Shown here in pieces: positions 33,905 to 45,290 of a stretch of 64,000 nt of DNA (within the stretch, counting starts at the first letter, position 1; each line of letters opens with the position of its first letter). Origin of the DNA: Octopus vulgaris (lineage: Eukaryota); the NCBI GenBank assembly GCA_951406725.2, contig CATOCA020000001.1:10168001-10232000 (forward strand), read 5' to 3'. Below the pieces are notes generated by a model. It was not told the DNA's origin and did not search any database. It worked only from the letters and a program-made list of their open reading frames with translations. Position numbers and translations under genes: made by a program.

Positions 33905-35235
33905 GTAAGTTCGTTCAGTTTCTTGATATTATTTACCGAAAGTAATAATTGATGCTGATATATAAGCTCACAAATGTATAAAATTTCAGAGTGCATCGAA
34001 CAAAATCAATTCAAATTTGTAGAATGAACAAGATTTAGGAAGATACAAAGAGAATATGAGAGAGCGAGACAATGTGAAAAAAGAGAGAGAATTTGAGAGA
34101 GAAAGTGATATAATAGGAAAAATATAATGTTCCTTTATTGTAGTTGCTTTGTTTCAATTCGCATCTCAATAACTCATTTTTGTTCCCCAAATTTCAATGA
34201 TTTTGATATGAATTTGTATTAGAAATGGTAACGTTTGTGAGTGTACATGTTTGCATCAAATATTTTTAGCTGAAGTATATGTGTATGTTCATATATAAGT
34301 GTAGTTCTGTGTGAAATATGAATATATTATTCTTTTATTTTATAATTTGCATCTTCCTCCATTTCTTATTTCAATATTCTCCTTCGTGTTTCGATATTAT
34401 CACACCAACTTCGAATTTTGTCATTCACTTCACGTTATTTATATAATAGAGCAACTGAAGTGGAAGCGGAAAATATATAATCGAATAATATAGTCACATA
34501 CATTCTATCTGTAAACCTGAAATACTTACTGTACTTGTAAGCTGGAATATTTGGCCTGATACAATTAAACTGCTGATGTATTTCTTGTAAGCGTGTGTTT
34601 TCTAATATTCTTGTGACAATGAAGCGATATGAAATAAATAATCTATCTCACCATGTTTCCACAAGGGTGAGTGGGAATATGTGTGATGTGAGTGTGCATA
34701 CCGCATTCCGTCGTTGATACTATGAATATAAAAATGCGTATGAGTGCATTTGAATATGTTGATTTCTGATTCCGTATATTCCCTGATTTTTCAGCCATGT
34801 TTCTCGCCCAAGATTTATCGATCTATCTCTTCATATTCTTCTCCTCTTCATTTCCACTTCATTTCTTCTTCTTCTTCCTTTTCTTATTCTTCGTCTTCCT
34901 CTTCTTCTTCTTCTTCCTCCACCATTCCTCCTCCTCCTCGTCATTCTTTTTCTGCTTCCTCTTCTTCTTCTTCTTCTCCTTCTTCTTCTTCTTCTTCTCC
35001 TTCTTCCGCAATTCCTCCTGCACCTCCTCCTCGTCCTTCTTTTTCTTCTACTTCCTCTTCTTCTTCTTCTTCTTCTTCTTCTTCTTCTTCCTCCACCATT
35101 CCTCCTGCTCCTCCTCCTCGTCCTTCTTCTTCTTCTTCTTCTTCTTCTTCCTCTTCTACTTCTTCCTCCGCCATTCCTCATGCTCCTCCTCCTCGTCCTT
35201 CTTTTTCCTCTTCTTCTTTATCTTCTTCTTCTTCT

Positions 35236-35270
<35 letters not shown>

Positions 35271-35949
35271 TTCCTCCACCATTCCTCCTGCTCCTCCTCC
35301 TCTCGTCCTTCTTCTTCTTCTTCCTCCGCCATTCCTCATGCTCCTCCTCCTCGTCCTTCTTTTTCTTCTTCTTTATCTTCTTCCTCTCCTTCTTCTTCTT
35401 CTTCTTCTTCTTCTTCTTCTTCTTCTTCTTCTTCTTCTTCTTCTTCTTCTACTTCTTCTTCTTTCTACTTCTTCTTCTTCTGCTTCTTCTTCTTCTTCTT
35501 TTTCTCCTCCTCTACTTCCTCTTCTTGTTTCTTTCTTGTTCTTGTTCTTCTGCTTCTTCTTCTTCTTTTTCTCCTCCTCTACTTCCTCTTCTTGTTTCTT
35601 TCTTGTTCTTTTTCTTCTATTTCTTCTTCTTCCTTCTTCTTCTTCTTTTCTTCTTCTTCTTCTTCTTCTTTTCTTCTTCTCTTTCTTGTTCTTATTCTTC
35701 TACTTCTTCTTCCCTCCTTCTTCTTCTTCTTTTTCTTCTCCTCTACTTCCTCTTCTTGTTTCCTTCTTCTTCTTCTTCTTCTTCTTCTTCTTCTTCTTCT
35801 TCTTCTTCTTCTTCTTCTTCTTCTTCTTCTTCTTCGTCTTCTTCTTCTTCCCTTATTCGTTATACTACCATATAAATTCTTTCTTCACATAATGAACATT
35901 ATTCAATATTTCTTCGCAATTACATACGATGTGAAACTAAGCAACGTTT

Positions 35950-35990
35950 CTTCCTGCTTCATATATCTTCTGAACGATGACATTTTTTCG
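35950..35990 (+). pseudogene. Decayed LRR pseudo-exon (exon-7 type) with acceptor CAG mutated to CAT
   Basis: ttcctgcttcat|A TAT CTT CTG AAC GAT GAC ATT parallels ttcctgcttcag|A GGT CTT GGC AAC AAT AAA ATT of exon 7. Upstream (35880-35960 vs 39840-39919) and downstream (36030-36090 vs 40110-40180) flanks are also similar. No intact donor seen. Confidence 0.6.
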
Positions 35991-38083
35991 CATTTCCTTA
36001 ATATATCGACGAAGCAACTACTGGACTCTATTCATGATATATCTCTTTGAATGTGTCTGGACATGACAACGACTGGCAGTTATTTATCCGCATTGTCGTT
36101 AGATTAATTTCTTCTTCTTCTCCTTCTTCTTCTTCTTCTTCTTCTTCTTCTTCTTCTTCTTCTTCTTCTTCTTCTTCTTCTTCTTCTTCTTTTTCTTCTT
36201 CTTCTTCTTCTTCTTCTTCTTCTTCTTCTTCTTCTTCTTTTCTTCTTCTTTATCTTCTTCTTCTTCATTTCTTCTATTCTTCTTTTCTCTTCCACTTCTC
36301 CTTCATTTTCTTCTTGTAATTCTCTTCCACTTCTCCTTCATTTTCTTCTTGTAATTCTCTTCCACTTCTCCTTCATTTTCTTCTTGTAATTCTCTTCCTC
36401 CTCCTCTTCTTCCCCTCTCCCTCCTTTTTCTTCCCCTCTCCCTCCTTTTTCTACTTCCTCTTCTTCTCCTTCTTTTTCTCCTCCTTCTTCTTATTATTAT
36501 TCTTCTACATCTTCTCCTTCTTCTCCTCCACCTTCTTCTTATTTTTCTTCTACTCCTCCTCGTCTTCCTCCTCCTTCTCTTTCTTCTTCTTCTTCTTCTT
36601 CTTCTTATTCTCCTTCTTCTTCTTCTTCTTCTTCTTTTTCTTTTCTTCTTCTTCTACTTCTTCTCCCCCTCCTCCTCGTCCTCCTCCTCCTTCTTCCTCT
36701 TCTAATTGTTTTTCTTCTTCTTGTTCTTCTTGTTCTTCTTTATTTTCTTTATTTATTTCTCTTCCACCTCCTCTCCACCCCTCCTCCTCCTTTTTCTTCT
36801 TGTAATTCTCCTACTCCCCCTCCTCCTTTCCTGCTTTTTTTCTTCTCCTTCTTCTTCTCTTCCTCGTCCTCCTTCATTTTCTTCTTCTTCTTCTCTCTTT
36901 TCTACTTCTTTTTATCTATTTCTTTTTCTTCATCTTTTTCTCCTTCATCTTCTTCTTCTACGTCTTCTTCTTCTTCTTCATCTTAAACTTCTTCTTCTTC
37001 TTCTCCTTCTCTTTCTTCTTTATCCTCTTATTCTTCGTCCTCTCGCCTGCTGCTCCTTCTCTTTCTTCTTCTTCTTCTTCTTCTTATTCTTATTCTCTTC
37101 CTTCGTCTTCTACCTCTCCTCCTCGTCCTCCTTCTTATTCATTTTTTCTTCTTCTTCTTCTTCTTCTTCTTCTTCCTCCTCTTCTTGTTTTTCTTCTACT
37201 CCTACTTCTACCACTTTATCCTCCTCCTCCTCCTCCTTTTTCCTCTTCCTTCTTCTTCTATTCCTTTTTTTCCCCTTGTTTTTCTAGTTCTTCTAATTCT
37301 TCTTCTTCTTCTTCTACTTCTCCTCCTCGTTTTCCTCCTTCTTTTTTCTTCTTCTCTTTCGTCTACTTCCTTTTTTTTCTTTTTCTACTTCTTTATGTAC
37401 TTCTCCTCCTACTTTTTTCTTCTTCTTATCTTCTTCTTTTTGTTATTCTCCTTCTCCTCCTCCTCTTTCATCTTCTTCTTCTTCTTCTTTTTCTTCTACT
37501 TCTTATTCTTCCCTTTCATTCTCCTCCTCCTTTTTCGTCCTCTTCCACCTTTTTCTTTTCTTCTCCTTCTTCTCCTTCTACTTTTTCTTATTCTTCTTCT
37601 CCTCCTCCTCCTCCTTCTTCTTCTTCTTGTTGCAATTCTTCTTCTTCCCCTCCACCTCCTCATCCTCCTTCTTTTACCTTTTCTTCGTCTTCATCTACTT
37701 CTCCCCTTCCACTTCCTATTTCTTCTTCTTATATTCTTCTTTTTATTATTCTCCTCCTCCTTCTCCTTCTCCTTCTTCTTTTTCTCCTTATCCTAGTTCT
37801 TCTTCCCTTTTATCCTCCTCCTCCTCCTTTTCCTCCTAATCCTTATTCTTCTTCTTTTCTTCCTCTTCTTTTTCTTCTTCTCCATTCTTCTTCTTCTAAT
37901 TCTTCTTCTTCTTTTTCTTCCTCTTCGCCTTCTCCTCCTCCTTCTTCTCCTTCTTCTTGTTTTTCTTCTTCTTCTTCGTTATCTTTCTTCTTTTTATTCC
38001 TTTCATTCTGAAGTCACAGTTTTTGGTGTTTTCTCACAAATATTTTCCATATAATCTATTTTACTCTTTCTTTACTGCTATAG

Positions 38084-38155
38084 ATATCTTGGTTCCAACA
38101 ACATAGCAACCATCAAAGAAGGAGCATTCACGGGGCTTTCGAATTTAAAGGAATT
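38084..38155 (+). CDS. LRR cassette exon 6 (YLGSNNIATIKEGAFTGLSNLKE-)
   Basis: 72 nt, ctgctatag|A ... TT|gtaag, phase 2-2. Confidence 0.92.
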
Positions 38156-39919
38156 GTAAGTTCGTTTAGTTTCTTGATACTATTTTCCGAAAGTAATAAT
38201 TGATGCTGATATATAAGCTCACAAATGTATAAAATTTCAGACTGCACCAAACAAAATCAATTCGAATTTGTAGAATGAACAAGATTTAGGAAGATACAAA
38301 GAGAATATGAGAGAGCGAGACAATGTAAAAGAAAGAGAGAGAATTTGAGAGAGAAAGTGAAATAATGGGAAAAATATAATGTTCCTTTATTGTAGTTGCT
38401 TTGTTTCAATTCGCATCTCAACAAATCATTTTTGTTTCCCAAATTTCAAAGGTTTTGATATGAATTTGTATTAGAAATGGTAACGTTTGTGAGTTTACAT
38501 GTTTGCATCAAATATTTTTAGCTGAAGTATATGTGTATGTTCATATATAAGTGTAGTTCTGTGTGAAATGTGACTATATTATTTCTTTATTTTATATTTT
38601 TCATCCTCCTCCATTTCTTATTTCAATATTCTCCTTCGTGTTTCGATATTATCATTCAACTTCGAATTTTGTCATTCACTTCACGTTATTTATGTAATAG
38701 AGCAACTGAAGTGGAAGCGGAAAATATATATTAGAATGATGTAGTCACATACATTCTAATATATATTTAAGTACATTTTCAGTTTCGTCTTCAACACCAT
38801 GATTTTCAATGTGTCTTCTTCTTCTTCTTCTTCTTCTTCTTCTTCTTCTTCTTCTTCTTCTTCTTCTTCTTCTTCTTCTTCGTCTTCTTCTTCTTCTTCC
38901 TCTACTTCTTCTGTTTCTCCTCCTCTTTTTAATCTTCTACATCTTCCTATTCTGCTGTACGCTCTGCTCCTCCCCCTCCCTTCTTTTACTTCTTCTAATT
39001 CTTCTTCTTCTTCTCCTTCTTTTTCTCCTTCTTCTCTTTCTTCTTTTTCTTCTTCTACTTCTCCTCCTTGTCTTCCTCCATCTTTTTCTTTTATTTTTCT
39101 CTTTCTACTACTTTTATTTTTCTTCTTCTTCTTCTTACTTCTCCTTCTTCTTCTTCCCCTTCATCCGCCTCCTTCTCCTTTTTTCTCATCTTCTTTTTTT
39201 CTCCTTCTTTTTTTTCTACTTCTTCTTCTTCTTCTTCCTATTCTTTTGCTTCTACTTGTTATTCTTCTTCTCCTTCTTCTCCTTTTCCTTCTTCTTCTAC
39301 TTCTCCTCCTCGTCTTCCTTCTTTTTTCTTTTTCTTCTTCTCCTACATCTACTTTCTACTTGTTCTCTTCCTCTTTCTCCTCTTCCTCCTCCTTCTTCAT
39401 ATCCTTCTTCTTCTTCTTCTTCTTCTTTTTCCTGCTTCGTCTTCTTCTTCGTCTTCTTCCTTTTCCTCTTCTTCTTCTCCTTTTTCCTTCCTCTTCTTTT
39501 CTTTCCTCTTCTTCTTTTTCTCCTCACCGTCCTCCTTGTACTTCTTCTTTTTCTTCCTCCTCTTTTTAATCTTCTACATCTTCTTCTTCTTCTAGTCTAC
39601 CCTCTGCTCCTCTTCCTATTTTCCTCTCCCTCCTGTATCTTCTGGTCTTATTCCGTCCTCAACCTTCTTCTTTTCCTCCACTCCTTCTCCTCCATCTCTT
39701 CCTTTTTCTACCTCTTCTCCCCCTCCTCTTCCTCCATGTCTTCTTTTCCCCTTCTCCTCCCCTTCTTCTTTGTCTTCTTCTTCTCCTCAATCTCTTTCCT
39801 GTTCCTCTTCTTCTCGTATTATTTTCCTATAATTTTGTCCCTTTTCATAAAGAACAATATTGAATATGTTATCGCAATTCACACTATGTCAATCTAACCA
39901 ATATTGTTTCCTGCTTCAG

Positions 39920-39992
39920 AGGTCTTGGCAACAATAAAATTTCAAGGATTGAAAAAAGAGATGTTTCAAGGCCTTCACAACTTAGAGACATT
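39920..39992 (+). CDS. LRR exon 7, divergent type, 73 nt with apparent +1 frameshift (GLGNNKISRIEK/EMFQGLHNLET-)
   Basis: ctgcttcag|A ... TT|gtaag. Removing one A from the A6 run at 39952-39957 gives a 72-nt canonical LRR. Confidence 0.8.
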
Positions 39993-40657
39993 GTAAGTTC
40001 TTTCAATGTTGTCGTTTATACATGAGGAATATACTATGTCTTTAAATTTAATATCCCCTTATTTCCATGTTTTCTCACTCTCTATTACTGTAAATCATAT
40101 TCAGTTCTCATATTCGTGTTATATTTATTTGATTGAGTCTGAACATGTCAATGACTGTCAGTTGATAATTGTCTGCATAAAAATGTTATTCCTGAAAATA
40201 TATGTGTATGTTCATATGTATGTATGTATCTGCACTATTAATATAAGGTTTAGCTACTATTTTCTTACACATTGTTCTCTTGATTCTGTGCTGCCGTGTG
40301 GTTATTTATCCATACTTCCACCAAAATAAATTTTTGCTATTGTTGTTGTTGTTGTTTTGTTCTTCTTCTTGTAATTCTCCTATTCCCCTCCTCCTCCACC
40401 TCCTTCTCCTACTTTTTCTTCTTCTTCTTCTTATTGCAATTCTCCTCTTCAACCTCCCCTCTTCGTCCTACTCATCCTCCTTTTTCTTCAATTTCTTCGT
40501 TCTCTTCTATTCTTCTTCTTCATCTTCTTCGTCTTTTTCTTCTTTCCTTCTTCATCTTCTTCATGTTCCTCTTCTTCTACTTCTTCCTTTTCTTTGTCTT
40601 CTTCTTCTTCTTCTTCTTCTTTTTCTTCTTCTTCTTCTTCTTCTTCTTCTTCTTCTT

Positions 40658-40688
<31 letters not shown>

Positions 40689-41703
40689 TTCTTTTTCTTC
40701 TTTTTCTTCTCTGTACTTTCTGCTTCGTCACTGGTCACCCTCTTTTCCATTCTCTGCCAATTCTTCCTCTTATTCTCAGTCTCCAGCTCTTCCTGCTCCT
40801 TCTGATGCTACCCCAGCGGCCCCCTGCTCAGTCATCCCTTCCTTTGTCGTCCTCCTAACATCCCCGCCTCTCCACCTCCTCCTCCACCTCCTCCACCTCC
40901 TCGTCTATTCTCCTTCTTCTTCTTCTTCTTCTTCTTCTTCTAATAGAGCAACTGAAGTGGAAGCGGAAAATATGTATTCGAATAATATAGTCACATACAT
41001 TCTATCTGTAAACCTGAAATACTTACTGTACTTGTAAGCTGGAATATTTCACCTGATACAATTAAACTGCTGATATATTTCTTGTAAGCGTGTTTTTTCT
41101 AATATTCTTGTGACAATGAAGCGATATGAAATAAATAATCTCTCTCACCATATTTCCTCAAGGGTGATTGGGAATATGTGTGATGTGAGTGTGCATACCG
41201 CATTCCGTCGTTGATACTGTGAATATAAGAATGCGTATGAGTGCATTTGAATATGTTGATTTCTGATTCCGTATATTCCCTGATTTTTCAGCCATGTTTC
41301 TCGCCCAAGATTTATCGATCTATCTCTTCATATTCTTCTCCTCTTCATTTCCACTTCATTTCTTCTTCTTCTTCCTTTTCTTCTTCTTCGTCTTCGTCTT
41401 CTTCTTCTTCTTCTTCTTCTTCTTCTTCTTCCTCCACCATTCCTACTGCTCCTCCTCCTCGTCATTCTTTTTCTGCTTTCTTCTTCTTCTTCTTCTTCTT
41501 CTTCTTCTTCTTCTTCTTCTTCTTCTTCTTCTTCTTCTTCTCCTTCTTCCGCCATTCCTCCTGCTCCTCCTCCTCGTCCTTCTTTTTCTCCTACTTCCTC
41601 TTCTTCTTCGTCTTCTTCTTCTTCTTCTTCTTCTTCTTCTTCTTCTTCCTCCACCATTCCTCATGCTCCTCCTCCTCGTCCTTCATTTTCCTCTTCTTCT
41701 TTA

Positions 41704-41735
<32 letters not shown>

Positions 41736-44533
41736 TTCTTCTTCTTCTTTATCTTCTCCCTCTCCTTCTTCTTCTTCTTCTTCTTCTTCTTCTTCTTCTT
41801 CTGCTTCTTCTTTTCTTCTATCTTTCTTGTTCCCTCCTCCCCCTACCCCTCCTTCTTTCTACTTCTAATGTTTTCTCTTCTCCTTCTCCGTCTTATTCTT
41901 CATTTTCTTATTGTAATTCTCTTCCCCTCCTCCTCCTTTTTCTTCTTGTAATTCTCGCCCTACCCCTCCCCATCTCCCTCCTTTTTTCTTCTTCTTCTTC
42001 TTCATCTACTTTTTCTCACTCTTCTTCTGCTCCTCCTTCTTCTTCTACTTCTCCTTGTCTTCCTCCTTCTTTTTATTTTTCTACTTCTACTCCTTCTTCT
42101 TCTTCTTCTCTTCCAGCTCCTCCTCCTCCTCATCTTTCTTCTTCTTCTTCTCCTACTTCTTCTGCTCCTTCAACCTCCTCCTTTTTCCTCCTCCTCCTTT
42201 TTCCTCCTCTTCTTTCTTCTTCTTATTCATCTTTTTTCCTTCTTCTTCTTTCTCATCCTCTTCCTATTCTTCTTCCACTTCTTCTTGTACTTCTCATTTT
42301 ACTTCTCATTTCTCTTCTCCTTCTTTTTCTTCCCCTTCTTCTTCTCCTTCTACTTCTCCTCCCCGTCTTCCTCCTTCTTTTTCTTATTCTTCTCTTTCAT
42401 CTTTATTTTTCTTCTTCTTCTTCTTCTTCTTCTTCTTCTACTTTGTACTTCTTCATCTACTTCTCTCTCCCTCCTCTTTCTTCTTCTTATCTTCTTTTTG
42501 TTATTCTCCTTCTCCTCCTCCACATCCTCCTTCTTCTACTTCTTTTACTTCTACTTCCCCTTCATACTCCTCCTCCTTTTGTTTCCTCTTCCTCCTTCTC
42601 CTTCTTCTTTTCTTCTTTTTCTTCCTATTCGTCTTCTTCTTCTTCTACTATTACTCCTACTTCTTCTTCTCTTCTTTCTTCTTCTTCTTTTTCTTCTCCT
42701 TCTTTTCCTCTTTCTTCTTCTTGTAATTCTTACTCTCCCACTCCCCCCTCATCCTCATCCTTTTTCTTCTTCTGCTTTTTCTTTACTTAATTCTACTTTC
42801 TACTTCTTCATCTACTTCTCCTCCTCCTCCTCCTCCTTCTTCTTCTTCTTGTCTTCTTTCTTTTTATTCTCTTCCTTCTTCTCCTTTTCCACCTCCTTCT
42901 TCATTTCTTTCTTCTTTTTCATGCTTCTTCTTCTTCTTCTTCTTCTTCTTCTTCTTCTTCTACTTCTTCTCCTTCTTCTTCTTGTTTCTCTTCTACTCCT
43001 CCTTCTTCTTCTTCTTTTTTCTTCCTCTTCTTCTTCCTCTCATCACCCTCATCCTCCTCTTTTTAATCTACTACATCTTTTTCTTTTACTCTACCCTCTG
43101 CTCCTCCTCCTATTTCCCTCCCCCTCAATGCATCTCCTTGTCCTCCCCCGTCCTCATCCTTCTTCTATTCCTCCCCTCCTCCTCCAACTCCTCCTTTTCT
43201 ACTGCTTCTCCCCTCCTATTCTTCCTTGTCTTCTCTTTTTCCCTTCCCCCTCCACCACTTCTTCTTCGGATTCTACTTCTCCTTAATCTCTTTCCTGTTC
43301 CTCTTCTTCTTGTATTATTTTCCTATAATAAGTTTTAGCTACTATTTTGTTTCACGTTGTTCTGTTGATTCTGTGATACCGTGTGGTTATTTATACATAC
43401 TTCCACCGAAATAAATGTTTTGTTATATTTGTTGTAGTCTTTGTTGTTGTTGTTGTTGTTCTTCTTCTTCTTCTTCTTTTTCTTCTTTTTCTCCTTCTTC
43501 ATCTTCTTCTCCTTCTTCTTCTCCTTCTTCATTTTCTTCTTCTCCTTCTTCTTCTTCTTCTTCTTCTTCTTCTTCTTCTTTTTCTTCATTTTCTTCTTCT
43601 TCATCTTCTTCTCTTCTTCTTCTTCTTCTTCTTCTTCTTCTTCGTCTCCTTCTTCTTCTTCTTCTTCTTCTTCTTCTACTTCTTCTTCTCCTTCTTCTTC
43701 TTTTTCTCCTCCTCTACTTCCTCTTCTTGTTTCTTTCTTGTTGTTCTTCTTCTATTTCTTCTTCTTCTTCTTCTTCTTCTTCTTCTTTTCTTCTTCTTCT
43801 TCTTCTTCTCCTTTTCTTCTTCTCATTCTTGTTCTTCTTCTTCTACTTCTTCTTCTTCGTCTCCTTCTTCTTCTTCTTCTTCTTCTACTTCTTCTTCTTC
43901 TACTTCTTCTTCTTTTTCTCCTCCTCTACTTCCTCTTCTTGTTTCTTTCTTGTTCTTGTTCTTCTTTTCTTCTTCTATTTCTTCTTCTTCTTTTTCTTCT
44001 TTTTCTTCTTCTTCTTCTCCTTCTTCTTCTTTTTCTTCTTCTTTTTCTTCTTCTTCTTCTTCTTCTTCTTCTTCTTCTTCTCCTCCTCCTCCTCCTTCTT
44101 CTTCTTCTTCTTCTTCTTCTTCTTCTTCTATGTTAGCACTGAGGACATCCTCAATAAAATGAGTATTTTTGGTCACTCCAAGTTCTTCACATGTTGTGTA
44201 GTGGACACTAAGGACTTGATTCCCTCTACCCATCTATTGACATCGATTTTGCTGGAGTATAACGTAATGAGATTGTCTGTGAAATGTGAAGTGAGGTCAA
44301 CACGCGTGATCCGTGTCTCGTTCTTAGACTATATATTCTACCCCGCCAGATCACAGATTCTTAGACCACCTACCATCACTTCAGCAGTAAATAAATGCAC
44401 CACTGAGCGCTGGTGTGGCTTGACCCTACCCACCCAACTCCCTGAGAACAACAATTAGGAGAAAGGAAGGATTGCACAGGCAGTAAGAGCTAGCGTAAGA
44501 ACCACCTTGAAGAACCACAGACAAAAGTATAAC

Positions 44534-44966
44534 TAGTTTAGTTTAGTTTAATTTTTTGTCTCAAAAAGCAAAAGCAAGACCATGTAGAGGGACAGGGCGT
44601 TATGTACAGGGAGGGTGGTCATACAAAGAGTTCAGGCTATTTCTGGTCAAGAGAGACTTTGAACCGAGCGGTCGTCGGCATCTTCACTATCTCGTCCGGC
44701 AGCTTATTCCACGGATCCGCAACCCGGACGGAGAAAGCCCCTCTCCTTCGATTGAGATGAAATCGTCGTAGATAGAGCTTTTCGGAGTGACCCTGCAGCC
44801 GACGCTCTGGAGCAGGGGTGAAGAACAGCTCTTTCGATAGTTTACACTTTCCGCTTATGATGTAGTGAGCAAGAATGAGATCACCACGGCGTCGTCGTTT
44901 TTCGAGAGAACAAAGGTCGAGCGTTTTCGGCCTTCCTTCATAAGACAAATGCTTGAAACTATACAT
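44534..44966 (-). mobile_element. 3' fragment of a CR1-group LINE
   Basis: SLEKRRRRGDLI...RLQGHSEKL...RRGAFSVRVADPWNKLP; (CTAAA)n tail at 44534-44550. Confidence 0.8.
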
Positions 44967-45024
44967 GTAAGTTCAAGGTGCAGCCATTTGTGTTGGTGTA
45001 TCTGGAGATATTACCGGCCTCTTC

Positions 45025-45290
45025 ATGACCTGGTGGATCAGAAAACCTAAGCAATTCTTGGCAAAACGGTCCACAACTCTTCTAATTTTCTGTAGGTATA
45101 TAGATGGCATTAATATCACAGTTAAGACCAGCTCTAGTAACGGTAATGTGGAAACAGAGAGGAACATAATGGAGAGCATCCAGCAAGTAGCCAACTCCAT
45201 CCACCAAAGTATCAAGGTGACTATAGATTATCCCACCCGGCACCCCAACATTTGACACCCCGTCCTTGTTACTGAACTGCACTTAGTGAC
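45025..45290 (+). mobile_element. Short degenerate RT fragment, Penelope-like
   Basis: RYIDGINI (YIDD-like) followed by SIKVTIDYPTRHPN. Confidence 0.45.

Larger units (their letters stand above)
24820..44130. repeat. Tandem exon-intron duplication array with degenerate (CTT/CCT)n polypyrimidine tracts
   Basis: Near-identical intron blocks start at 25622, 27857, 30559, 33905 and 38156 (partial copy at 40941). A conserved ~75-nt pre-acceptor module (ctgaagtca...ctttactgctatag) precedes exons 2-6. Pyrimidine tracts lie at about 24820-25470, 26610-27710, 28845-30410, 31550-33760, 34830-35850, 36110-38005, 38810-39820, 40340-40940, 41330-43310 and 43440-44130. Confidence 0.95.

Noticed and set aside
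25550-38155. CRISPR-like or prokaryotic repeat-spacer reading of the periodic array
   Set aside because: Units are 2-4 kb with GT-AG-bounded coding exons; there are no short direct repeats with unique spacers and no cas genes; the DNA is eukaryotic.
25723-38442. Recurrent short ORFs (MGNKNELLRCELKQ..., MNILFLYFIF...) as a gene family
   Set aside because: They lie in the duplicated intron block, shift frame or vanish between copies, and show no coding signature.
24459-44458. Long ORFs of 200-500 aa rich in Ser/Leu/Phe or Arg/Lys/Glu
   Set aside because: They are translations of stop-free (CTT)n.(AAG)n tracts, open in several frames at once and lying in introns between clear LRR exons.
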